NCBI GenBank assembly: GCA_035710265.1
Contig: DASTDR010000331.1
Coordinates: 2,750-66,749, forward strand
Length of the DNA: 64,000 nucleotides
Origin: Gemmatimonadales bacterium
GTDB taxonomy: Bacteria; Gemmatimonadota; Gemmatimonadetes; Gemmatimonadales; GWC2-71-9
Reading direction: 5' to 3'
Shown here: in pieces, positions 44,004 to 52,696 of the stretch
Numbering within the stretch: the first letter of the stretch is position 1
Layout: the number at the start of each line of letters is the position of its first letter
Notes under the pieces: generated by a model
Seen by the model: the letters and a program-made list of their open reading frames with translations, nothing else
The model's database searches: none
What the model was told of the DNA's origin: nothing
Program-made: the position numbers and the translations under genes

Positions 44004-44846
44004 ATGGATGCGATTCGACAGCTGTGCGGATTCGCCGCGGGACTCGAACGACTGCTCGCCGCGCGTGACGCCGCAGAGCTGGATGAAAAATGGGAAGAGC
44101 TGAACATCGGGCAGCTCGGATGGGAGGCGCTTGCCCTCGCGCGGCGCGCGAACACGGAGAAGCTCGAGCCCGCGCTGACGCAAGTGGATCGCCGCCTGCT
44201 CGCCGCGTTGGAGCGCTGCCGTGCGTTTCTCGATCCGCACATCGTCACGTTCCGCATCCCCGAGCTCGAGCGCTTCCAGCACGCGGCCGCGGCCGCGCTG
44301 GTGGGCGCGCGCTGGGGTGTCGCCGGACTGCGCACGGTCATCGCCGACACCCAGGCGCCGTTGGGACGCCGTTACTACGCGTTTCTCGCGCTCGCCGAGC
44401 GCCATCCCAAAGACGCTTGGCCGTTATTCGCCAAGTACCTGGAGACGCCGGGGGCGCATCACGCGTTCGTGGCGGCGGCCGTCGAAGCGGCGCGCTACTA
44501 CCCGGGCCAGGCGTATGCCCTTGTGGGGCTGTTCCAACGGATTCGCGGCGACGAGATGCTGCGCCGCTTCCTCGCCCCCAAGATTCTCGAGTCCCTCTAC
44601 GTCCTGGGAGATCCCGCCGCCCTTCCTCTTTATGAGGAGCTGCTGGTGGCCGGTCATACCGATCGGGACGTGGAGCGGTGCGAGGTCACGCGGGCATTGG
44701 TCGCGGTCCGCAAGCTGACCGGCCGCGTCGCGGCGAACAGCAAGTTTCCCGATCCCGACGAGCCGCACGTGCGACAGGCGCTGGATGAGGCGGAGCGTCT
44801 GTTTGAGGAGGAGCGTGACCGGCTCGCACCGGTGGTGGTGATCTAG
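44004..44846 (+). CDS. helical-repeat (HEAT-like) hypothetical protein
   Basis: 280 aa and all-helical in character. No family was recognised. Confidence 0.6.
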   Translation: MDAIRQLCGFAAGLERLLAARDAAELDEKWEELNIGQLGWEALALARRANTEKLEPALTQVDRRLLAALERCRAFLDPHIVTFRIPELERFQHAAAAALVGARWGVAGLRTVIADTQAPLGRRYYAFLALAERHPKDAWPLFAKYLETPGAHHAFVAAAVEAARYYPGQAYALVGLFQRIRGDEMLRRFLAPKILESLYVLGDPAALPLYEELLVAGHTDRDVERCEVTRALVAVRKLTGRVAANSKFPDPDEPHVRQALDEAERLFEEERDRLAPVVVI

Positions 44847-44945
44847 CTGTGATTGATAAGGAGGTTGTTCACAGAGGCATGACGAGCGAAGTTCTCGTCA
44901 ACAACATCTCGGTGCCGACGCGATTCCGCCCCGGTACCCGCTGGG

Positions 44946-47210
44946 TCATGGCGGGAACTTCATGCGGGCGAGCAACGCCTGGAAGCGCGGGTGGCCGCGC
45001 AGCGGAGCCACGTAGGGGTACACGTTGAGCCACGCCATCTCCCGCCAACGCCCACGATAGGCTGCCTCGAGATCGTCCAGCGCCCGCTCCTGATCACCTA
45101 GGCTCAGGTGGGCGAGCGCAAGCTGCCACGGCGACACCGCGCCGCGGCGCCCGCGCTCCTCGAGGTGCCGCAGCATCGCCACGGCGCTGTCATGCTGCCC
45201 GGCGCGCCCGTACACCCAGGCTCTCAGCCCCAACGGCGATCGCGCACTATCGAGCTCGGCGATGGCTTCGGCATGGCGGCCCTCCAACTCGTGCGTGATG
45301 CCGAGCGCCTGCTGGATCTCCTGGTCATCAGGAAAGACCTGGCGGGCGGATCGCAGCATCGCTTCAGCCGCCGAGTATCTCCCGGCGAAGCGAGCAGGAT
45401 ACGATGCCACCGCGGCCACCGCTGGCGAGAGAGGATCGAGCTGGCTGGCCAACCGCATCTCGCGCTCGGCCTCCTCGAAGCGGGCCATCGCGATGAGGAA
45501 GCCGCCGCCGTAGATGAAGTGGGCCCTGGCGTTGGACGGGCTCAGCTCGATGGCCCGGCGCAGGAGCCGTTCCGCCTCCGGCCAGTCCCAGTCGTACTCG
45601 AAGGCGATATGGCCCAGCACCAGGTAGGCGTCGGCCAGTTCCTCGTCGAGCGCGAGGGCCTTGCGGGCAATCGTCCGGGCTTGGGGAAACGCATCGGGTG
45701 GCGCGCCGAACTCGTGACCCCGAATCACCCAGGCGTCGGCGAGGCCGGCATAGGCTGCGGCGTACGTGGAGTCGAGTGCGATCGCCTGTCGATAGAACGC
45801 GATGCTGCGCTGCAGACCCTCGCCAGTGTTGGTGTTGAAGTGCCAGCGCGCGCGCAGGTATGCGGCGTTGGCCTCCGAGTTTTGCGGGCGCTTGTCCGCC
45901 ATCCGCGCCACTTCCTGCGGGGTGAAGGTGACCCGCGCGCCGCGCGCGAGGGCGTCAGCTGCCTCGCGGGAGAGGGACAGCATGTGGCGCTGGTCGCCCT
46001 CGAACGTGCGGGCCCAGAGATGACGGTCGCGGCGGGCGTCGATGAGCTGCAGCGTGACGCGAATGCTGTCCTCTGCGCGGAACACGGCCCCTTCCACGAG
46101 CGCGTCTACGTTCAGCTCCCGGGCGATCTCCGGCACTGACTTCGCGGTGCCCCGATAGCGCATCACCGACGACCGTGAGACGACGCTCAGCCCGCGGATT
46201 TGTGCGAGTTCGGTGATGACCGCCTCGTGCACTCCGTCCACCAGGTACTGGTGCGCCGAATCCCCGGTGTTGTCGGCCAATGGTAGCACGGCGAGCCGGC
46301 GCAGCGGGGCGCCCGCGCCGGTCGCGTTGATCGCCCACCAGCCGGCGAGGCCGAGGAGCAGAAGTCCTGCGGCGAGCGCCGGGAGACGCACGACGAACCG
46401 CGTCCTCGCGGCGTGGGCGACCTCCGCGACTGGAGTCGGGAACTGCGTCGGTGCGGTGCGGACGATCTGTTGTGGTGCCACACGCAAGGTCGGCTGCGAG
46501 CGGAGCTGTGCAGCCAGCGTCTCGATCTCGGGGTCGGGCTCGGCGTCGAGTTCTGCGCGCAGGCGGGCGCCGTGCTGGTCGGCGTGCCGGATCGCTCCGG
46601 CGCGATCCCCGGCCATGTCGAGGGCCCGCATCAACCGGACGGCGACTCGTGACGTGTAAGGGGAATGTTCCGCCAGCCGGCTCCACCACTGCACCGCGCC
46701 CGCATGGTCGCCCCGCGTCTCGGCGCCGTGGGCGAGCTGCTCGAGGACCGTGGCGTACCGGCGGCTGAGCCGCTCGCGTTCCGCTTCGACCCACCGCTCG
46801 AACTCCGGGGCCCCACCGAGGAAGAACCCTCCCAGAAACGGGCCTCCGTACCGGCCCACCGCGCGCTCCAGATCCCCCGCGTCGAGCGCCTGCTCGAACG
46901 CCCATACGTCGCACCGGCACTGCGTTCGTTCGAGGCCGACCTCTTCGTCACCCCGCGCCGTCACCACGTCGTCACCGAGGGCGTGACGCAGGCCGTGCAG
47001 CGCTTGACGCAAGGCGCTGCGCGCGTGTGGGGTGTCCTGTTCCGGCCAGAAGAGCGCGAGCAGAGAATCGCGGCGATGGAGGCCGCGCGGCGCGGCAACG
47101 GCGAGGTAGATGAGGAGGGCGGTGCGCTTGGGTTGGACCAGAACGGAGCGGAGCTCGGCACCGTCTCCGTTCCGGAGGTCCACCGCGCCCAGCGTGCACA
47201 ACTCGATCAC
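44946..47210 (-). CDS. SARP/BTAD-type transcriptional activator with TM segment, TolB_N-like domain and TPR repeats
   Basis: It has a winged-helix plus BTAD N-terminus (..LLIYLAV..RRDSLLALFWPE...; ..RLMRALDMAGDRAGAI..). The TM helix is LAAGLLLLGLAGWWAI, followed by ..LAVLPLADNTGD..VDALVEGAV.. and C-terminal TPRs. The GTG at 47210 after GAGGA is a plausible start; the track start is 47279. Confidence 0.85.
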   Translation of the reverse strand: MIELCTLGAVDLRNGDGAELRSVLVQPKRTALLIYLAVAAPRGLHRRDSLLALFWPEQDTPHARSALRQALHGLRHALGDDVVTARGDEEVGLERTQCRCDVWAFEQALDAGDLERAVGRYGGPFLGGFFLGGAPEFERWVEAERERLSRRYATVLEQLAHGAETRGDHAGAVQWWSRLAEHSPYTSRVAVRLMRALDMAGDRAGAIRHADQHGARLRAELDAEPDPEIETLAAQLRSQPTLRVAPQQIVRTAPTQFPTPVAEVAHAARTRFVVRLPALAAGLLLLGLAGWWAINATGAGAPLRRLAVLPLADNTGDSAHQYLVDGVHEAVITELAQIRGLSVVSRSSVMRYRGTAKSVPEIARELNVDALVEGAVFRAEDSIRVTLQLIDARRDRHLWARTFEGDQRHMLSLSREAADALARGARVTFTPQEVARMADKRPQNSEANAAYLRARWHFNTNTGEGLQRSIAFYRQAIALDSTYAAAYAGLADAWVIRGHEFGAPPDAFPQARTIARKALALDEELADAYLVLGHIAFEYDWDWPEAERLLRRAIELSPSNARAHFIYGGGFLIAMARFEEAEREMRLASQLDPLSPAVAAVASYPARFAGRYSAAEAMLRSARQVFPDDQEIQQALGITHELEGRHAEAIAELDSARSPLGLRAWVYGRAGQHDSAVAMLRHLEERGRRGAVSPWQLALAHLSLGDQERALDDLEAAYRGRWREMAWLNVYPYVAPLRGHPRFQALLARMKFPP

Positions 47211-47415
47211 CGCTGTCCTCGCGCCCGGAGGGACTGCAGGGTCAACGATCCCGTAACACTCCCCTAACCTCCACGTCACGCTGCTGACCGATCGTGGAGA
47301 CCGGGACCTTGGGCAAACCTACGGGTCGCGCCGAACGCCCGCAACACATTCCTCGGTGCAGTCCCCAGGACGTGGCTCCGGTCGCCCTTTCACCGTCACG
47401 CATTGGGGGTCGTTT

Positions 47416-48369
47416 ATGCGAAAGCTCGCGTGCTGCCTCGTGTCGCTGCTCCTCGTTGCCTGTGATCGGCAGCCGGTCGCGCCATCGTCGCGCGTCGCCC
47501 TGCGGGTGTCACGGTTCGAGAACGCTCCCTGGTCCGCGCCCGCGAATCTCGGCGCGCCCGTGAACTCTTCCGCTGCAGAGATGAACGCCGCGCTTTCGCC
47601 TGACGAGCTGAGCCTGTACTTCGTATCGACCCGCGCGGGTGGCCTCGGCGGCGCCGACATCTGGGTCTCGCGGCGGGCCTCGCTTGACAGCCCGTGGGAA
47701 ACTCCCGTGAACCTCGGTCCAGGCGTGAACAGTCCGGGCCTCGAGGCGGCGCCATCCCTTTCCATCGACGGGCACCTGCTGTTCTTCTCGAGCGACCGCC
47801 CGGGTGGACAGGGGTCGAATGATATCTACGTCGCGCGTCGAGCCGACAAGCACGACGACTTGAGCTGGGGACCCGCTACGGACCTGGGCCCTGACGTGAA
47901 CACGGGCGGGTTCGAGGCAGGCGCGGTCTACTTGCAGAGCGCCGAAGAAGGGTCGGCGAACCTGTACTTCGTTCGAGGACCAAGCTCGGGCAACCTCGGC
48001 ATCTTCGTGGCGCCGATCACGAGGGGCGGTGAGACCCGCGGCCCCGCCGCACCCGTTGTCGAGCTCAACGATGCGAGTCCGGGCGTAAGCAGCGTCCACC
48101 CCTCAGTCCGTGCGGATGGACGCGAGGTCTTCTTCCACTCCAACCGTACCGGCGGCCTCGGGGCAACCGACCTTTGGGTATCAACCCGTCCGTCCGTCCA
48201 CGATCCCTGGTCCACACCGGTGAACCTGGGCGCACCACTGAATTCAGCGGCCGGTGAGTTTCAGCCGACGCTGTCCGTCGACGCGCGGACGCTGATCTTC
48301 ACCTCCACTCGGCCCGGAGGTCTCGGGAACTCGGACATCTGGGTTGCCACGCGCCAGCCAAACCCGTAG
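47416..48369 (+). CDS. PD40 (TolB-like) beta-propeller lipoprotein
   Basis: The lipobox is SLLLVACD. It has five repeats of the form ..S.DEL.LYF.S.R.GG.G..DIWVS.R....W..P.NLG..VNS... Confidence 0.85.
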   Translation: MRKLACCLVSLLLVACDRQPVAPSSRVALRVSRFENAPWSAPANLGAPVNSSAAEMNAALSPDELSLYFVSTRAGGLGGADIWVSRRASLDSPWETPVNLGPGVNSPGLEAAPSLSIDGHLLFFSSDRPGGQGSNDIYVARRADKHDDLSWGPATDLGPDVNTGGFEAGAVYLQSAEEGSANLYFVRGPSSGNLGIFVAPITRGGETRGPAAPVVELNDASPGVSSVHPSVRADGREVFFHSNRTGGLGATDLWVSTRPSVHDPWSTPVNLGAPLNSAAGEFQPTLSVDARTLIFTSTRPGGLGNSDIWVATRQPNP

Positions 48370-48497
48370 CGCGCGGGAGCCCGCCCGGCCAGCGCCGGGC
48401 GTTCGGCGTTTGGAGCGACCCGAACAGTTCGGAGCACGCGGTCCGCGTGCACTGGACCTACAGGCAAGCAGTTCGGCAATGCAGCCAGGAGGTTGTC

Positions 48498-49679
48498 ATG
48501 AATGCCAAGTTCTGGAAAACGGTGGTCGCGGCCGCAGCCCTGTCGTGGGCGGCGTGCAGCGACCGCCAGCCGGTCGCGCCGGATGGGGCGGGGGCCGTTT
48601 CGGCGGACCAGCGGAACCTGGACGGCCCGCGGGAGGTCCAGGGGCAAATCGGGCCAGGGGCCCTGTATTCCGCGTCGATCCCGGCGAACTGGAACGGCGA
48701 TCTCGTGGTCTTCGCGCATGGCTGGATGTCCCCGACCGATCCCGTCGCCCTGCCGGACATCGGGCCGTTCCGTGATGGCATCCACGCGCGCGGCTACGGT
48801 CTCGCGCTCTCGAGCTATTCAGAGAATGGCTTCGCCGTCCGGGACGGCGTGCTGCGGACCCGCCAGGTGCGGGACCTCTTCATCTCGAACTTCGGCCAGC
48901 CGCGGCGCACGTATCTGTCGTCAGGGTCGATGGGCGCCCAAGTAATCATGCGACTGGCCCAGCAGAACCCACAGCACTACGACGGCGTCCTGCCGATGTG
49001 CGGGCCCGTGGGCGGCAGCCAGATGGAGATCGACTACATCATGAACGTCCGGGTGTTGTTCGACTACTTCTATCCCGGCGTGATCCCGGGGGACGCGGTG
49101 CACGTGCCTGCGGGGCTCGACTTCGGAACGGACGTCGTTCCCGCGGTGCTCGATGCGATTCTCACCAACCCGGGGCCGGCCTTCGAGCTCGCGGGCGTGG
49201 ATCAGGTCGACATCCACTACGCCGACTTCGGCGAACTGCTTGAAACCATTCTTACCGGCTTGTTCTTCAATACCTGGTCCGATTTCATGGGCGACTTGCG
49301 CGAGCGGACCCACGGGCACGACTACTTCGACAACACGCGCGTGGCCTACACCGGATCGGCCGACGACGCCGCGCTCAACGCCCGCGTGGGCCGGTTCGCC
49401 GCGGCGCCCGACGCCCTCGAGTTTCTCCGGCAGTGGTACCAGCCGGACGGCACGCTCACGATGCCGGTGCTGACCGTGCACACCACGCGAGATCCCGTGG
49501 TGCCGAGGCTGCACGACGCGGCGTTTCAGGCAGCCGTGGCGGCGGCGGGCAAGTCTGATCTGCTGGTGCAGCGGTTCATCGATGTGTTCGGGCACTGCAG
49601 CGAGGATTGGGCGGACGACCTGACGGCGTTTGACGATCTCAGGACCTGGGTGGAAACCGGCATCAAGCCCGCGCCCTGA
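48498..49679 (+). CDS. lipoprotein, putative alpha/beta-fold serine hydrolase
   Basis: The lipobox is LSWAACS. It has ..LVVFAHGW.. and a nucleophile-elbow-like segment SSGSMGAQ. Confidence 0.7.
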   Translation: MNAKFWKTVVAAAALSWAACSDRQPVAPDGAGAVSADQRNLDGPREVQGQIGPGALYSASIPANWNGDLVVFAHGWMSPTDPVALPDIGPFRDGIHARGYGLALSSYSENGFAVRDGVLRTRQVRDLFISNFGQPRRTYLSSGSMGAQVIMRLAQQNPQHYDGVLPMCGPVGGSQMEIDYIMNVRVLFDYFYPGVIPGDAVHVPAGLDFGTDVVPAVLDAILTNPGPAFELAGVDQVDIHYADFGELLETILTGLFFNTWSDFMGDLRERTHGHDYFDNTRVAYTGSADDAALNARVGRFAAAPDALEFLRQWYQPDGTLTMPVLTVHTTRDPVVPRLHDAAFQAAVAAAGKSDLLVQRFIDVFGHCSEDWADDLTAFDDLRTWVETGIKPAP

Positions 49680-49702
49680 CGCAAGTCGTGCCGGGCCTGT
49701 TC

Positions 49703-49734
49703 GGGAGCGCAGCTCGAGGTGGAGCTGCGCTCCC
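49703..49734. terminator. perfect 13-bp GC-rich hairpin between convergent genes (no U tract)
   Basis: GGGAGCGCAGCTC (49703-49715), a 6-nt loop, then GAGCTGCGCTCCC (49722-49734). Confidence 0.5.
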
Positions 49735-49797
49735 GCTACGTAGTGACCCGGTTCCGCCTGGGCGGGCGTCAGTGAGCAACTTCCTTGTGAATCGCAT

Positions 49798-50607
49798 CTA
49801 CCGGACGAACGTGGCCAGTTTGTCGCGGTAGGTTTTTCCGCCCAGCTCGTAGGTGTCGTTGTGGCCAGAGCCCTCGATCATGACGAACTCAACGGGTCCG
49901 CCCGCCGCCGCTGCGACCTCCTGCCCCATCCGCATCGGCACGAGCATGTCCGCGGTGCCATGGAAGATGAGGGCAGGGCAGCGGATGCTTGGCATGCGGC
50001 CGATGTTGTCGAGGCTGAGGCGCACCAAGCCCCCAGGCACGAAGCGATAGTGCCGCGCGGCCATTCCTTTCGCGCTGGTGAAGGGTGATTCGAGGATCAG
50101 GCCGGCGACGTCGCGGGTCGAGGCCACGTGCGTCGCGGCTGCGGAGCCGAGGGAGCGGCCGTAGACATAGATGCGCTTTGGGTCGACATCAGAGCGGGCC
50201 CGCAGGGCGTCATACGCGAGATCTGCGGCTTCGTACATTCCCGCTTCTGAAGCCTTCCCTTCACTGGCCCCATAGCCGGGATAATCCACGACGAGCAAGG
50301 CGGCGTGTGACGGCCGAAAATCTCGAATTATCGGCCAGATAGCCGCGATGTTCTCTCCGTTGCCGTAGAACCAGAGCATCCCAGGCGTCTTTGCCGCCGC
50401 AGTATCTCGCCGCCCTTCGCCGCCCTTCGCCGCCAGATACCAGCCGACAAGCCGCGTCCCGTTGGCCATCGTGAGCTCAACGTGCTCACCCACATCCAGG
50501 ACAGGCAGGGCCGCCCGCGGCGCCGGGAAGGTCAGCTTCTCTTGAAAAGCCCAGAGGAGCGCGACGATGACCACATAGATGCCCAGAAGCCCAACAACGA
50601 TGGACAT
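49798..50607 (-). CDS. membrane-anchored alpha/beta hydrolase
   Basis: The ATG at 50607 gives the TM anchor MSIVVGLLGIYVVIVALLWAF. It has the HGNGE-type oxyanion motif WFYGNGEN and the nucleophile elbow GRSLGS. The Arg-rich N-terminal extension in the track ORF was rejected. Confidence 0.85.
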   Translation of the reverse strand: MSIVVGLLGIYVVIVALLWAFQEKLTFPAPRAALPVLDVGEHVELTMANGTRLVGWYLAAKGGEGRRDTAAAKTPGMLWFYGNGENIAAIWPIIRDFRPSHAALLVVDYPGYGASEGKASEAGMYEAADLAYDALRARSDVDPKRIYVYGRSLGSAAATHVASTRDVAGLILESPFTSAKGMAARHYRFVPGGLVRLSLDNIGRMPSIRCPALIFHGTADMLVPMRMGQEVAAAAGGPVEFVMIEGSGHNDTYELGGKTYRDKLATFVR

Positions 50608-50630
50608 GGCGAGTGTTAATTTGTGCCGCA

Positions 50631-51557
50631 ATGAACGGCGATCCTCAGCTCGTCTCGCGCGCGCGTGGAGCGTTGCTCGGCCTGGTCGCCGGGAATCAGC
50701 TGGGCGTTCCGACGGAGCATCTGGGTACGGCAGACGCCATTCGACGGTCGTTCCCGAACGGTATTCGGAACCTCGCGCCGCCTCCCAAGAACTCCCCCTA
50801 CGACGACGACGCGGCGATGGCACTGCTGCTCGGCGAATCGCTGCTCGCGAGCAACGGCTTCGACGCGGGCGACGTGGCGCGCCGTTGGGTCAAATGGATG
50901 AAGATGGATGGGCGCGGCATCGGTATCACCACCAAGCGAGCCCTCACGCTGATCGATCGGGGCAAGGAGCCGTTCGAGGCGGGCCGCCTGGCCTATCAGG
51001 AGAATCCGGGCCGGTCGGCCGGAAACGGCAGCGTCATGCGCTGTATCCCCGTGGCGCTGCGCTATCACGACCAGATCGACAAGCTGATTCGCATTTCGAC
51101 GCAGCAGGCGGCGATCACGCATGCGGACGAACGCTGCACCTGGGCCGCTGCCGCGGTGAACCTCGCGGCGCGCGAGCTGCTGCACGGCAACATCTACTTC
51201 ATCGACGAAGTATTGCACCTGATCGGTGACCGGGCGCCGCGCGCCCTGCTCGACGCGATCCATCGCGTGCCGCGGGAGCAGGAAAGTGACCTGCCGATCG
51301 CGGTCCCAGGAGAAGCCGGCTACGTCGTTCATTGCGTGGAGATCGCGTTGTGGTTCGTGACGCACGATCGCACGCTCGAAGACGCGCTGGTCTTCCTGGC
51401 GCAGGCCGGCGGCGATACCGACACGAACGCCGCTGTGGCGGGGGCGTTGCTGGGCGCTCGCTACGGAGAGGCGGAATTGCCGCCGCGATGGGTCGATCAG
51501 GTCACCGGCGCGCAGGGGATCGCGGAGCTCGCCGAGCGGCTCGTAACGGCTACTTAG
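50631..51557 (+). CDS. ADP-ribosylglycohydrolase family protein
   Basis: Motifs are ..GALLGLVAGNQLG.., ..NGSVMRCIP.. and ..GGDTDTNAAVAGALLGARYG... GTG at 50613 is an alternative start. Confidence 0.85.
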   Translation: MNGDPQLVSRARGALLGLVAGNQLGVPTEHLGTADAIRRSFPNGIRNLAPPPKNSPYDDDAAMALLLGESLLASNGFDAGDVARRWVKWMKMDGRGIGITTKRALTLIDRGKEPFEAGRLAYQENPGRSAGNGSVMRCIPVALRYHDQIDKLIRISTQQAAITHADERCTWAAAAVNLAARELLHGNIYFIDEVLHLIGDRAPRALLDAIHRVPREQESDLPIAVPGEAGYVVHCVEIALWFVTHDRTLEDALVFLAQAGGDTDTNAAVAGALLGARYGEAELPPRWVDQVTGAQGIAELAERLVTAT

Positions 51558-52095
51558 ACTTCGACTTCGACGCTTGAGGGGGCCGGTACTTCGCGATCCG
51601 GTCCATCACGTCGCGGTCGTTGAACGTGATCGACACCACGCGCCAGGTTTTCCCACCACGCCAGTTGAGCCGGACGAACTTCCGCTCGTGCGACCACTCC
51701 CACATGCTCCGCTCGCGCCGCTGCGGCGCCCCCAGCTTCAGCCGCATATCGTCCTGCGTGCGCTTGAGCAGCGAAACGCTGCCGGAATCGAACAGCGAGA
51801 TCACGGACGTGCGGCCTTCGATGACATTTGCGCTCAAGTAGAAGCGCGCGCTGTCGGCGGGATCCCGGACCGGGACCGCGCAATCCATGACTTGCGCCGT
51901 GTGGTGCATGGTCTGGCAGGCCAGGACGTCCTTACTGGTCTGCGCCATGCCGCGAGCCTTGCTCGCGAAGTCGCGATACGCCATGCCGGGCGAGAATCCT
52001 CGATAGGCCAAGGACTGCGGCGGAGTCGCGGGAGAGGCTTTGGGTGCGGCCGCCGGCGCCTGGAGCAGCAGGCCGAGCAGAAGCGCGTGGGTCAT
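51550..52095 (-). CDS. secreted hypothetical protein
   Basis: The ATG at 52095 gives the signal MTHALLLGLLLQAPAAAP. It overlaps the convergent upstream gene by 8 nt. Confidence 0.6.
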   Translation of the reverse strand: MTHALLLGLLLQAPAAAPKASPATPPQSLAYRGFSPGMAYRDFASKARGMAQTSKDVLACQTMHHTAQVMDCAVPVRDPADSARFYLSANVIEGRTSVISLFDSGSVSLLKRTQDDMRLKLGAPQRRERSMWEWSHERKFVRLNWRGGKTWRVVSITFNDRDVMDRIAKYRPPQASKSKSK

Positions 52096-52165
52096 GGCGC
52101 CAATATACGAAAAGCAAACGGGCCCGGTGTGTTCCGGGCCCGTCACTACAGCTGTTGCCGCTCGC

Positions 52166-52366
52166 TCAGACCTTGCGAACGTTCTGCGCTTGCAGCCCCT
52201 TCGGACCCTGGGCGACGTCGAATTCGACGTTGTCACCCTCGGCGAGGCTCCGGAAGCCCTCGGCCTGGATTGCCGTGAAGTGGACGAACACGTCCGGACC
52301 CGACTCCTGCGCGATAAAGCCGAAGCCCTTCGCGTCGTTGAACCACTTCACCTTACCCTTTGCCAT
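52166..52366 (-). CDS. cspA: CspA-family cold-shock protein
   Basis: 66 aa: [33 protein letters not shown].., containing the RNP1 and RNP2 motifs. The upstream extension in the track ORF was rejected. Confidence 0.95.
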   Translation of the reverse strand: MAKGKVKWFNDAKGFGFIAQESGPDVFVHFTAIQAEGFRSLAEGDNVEFDVAQGPKGLQAQNVRKV

Positions 52367-52696
52367 ATCTGTTCTAACCTCTGCACAATGGGGCTGGGCC
52401 CCGAACGGGATCGACCCAGGCCACCGCGGTCCTGGGACGGGCTCAAACAAAAATCCGCGAGACAGATGGTCCTCGCGGAAGCGCAGACAGCCGATGACGG
52501 TAGCCACGTATGCTTGAACCGCGGGCAAAGGTATGGACCGTCCTGAAACCTGTCAATTAGGACTGCCGTTTCGTCCTAATTGCACTATGCTGACAGCTTC
52601 ATGACAGCTCGTCCTTGCGCTACCGCTCTTCCGCTTGAGGCGGGCCCCCTGTAACCTCAGGCTCCACTATAACCGCCGTCGGATGGAGGAGTCCCC

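Noticed and set aside
44861-45020. Possible small ORF starting at ATG 44880 after an AAGGAGG
   Set aside because: The SD-to-ATG spacing is about 12 nt and the frame runs into the 3' end of the convergent BTAD gene. The AAGGAGG sits in the loop of a CTGTGA/TCACAG hairpin that is more simply a weak terminator of the upstream gene.
43170-46920. ORFs 43170..44405 (-) and 45955..46920 (-) in alternative frames of the binding-protein, HEAT-like and BTAD genes
   Set aside because: They are Arg/Pro/Gly-rich translations overlapping better-supported genes. They have no motifs.
50411-50430. Tandem 10-nt duplication cgcccttcgc x2 inside the alpha/beta hydrolase gene as a frameshifting duplication
   Set aside because: The reading frame is intact on both sides, with recognisable hydrolase motifs upstream and downstream. 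It encodes a loop (AAKGGEGRR) and is most simply a chance repeat.
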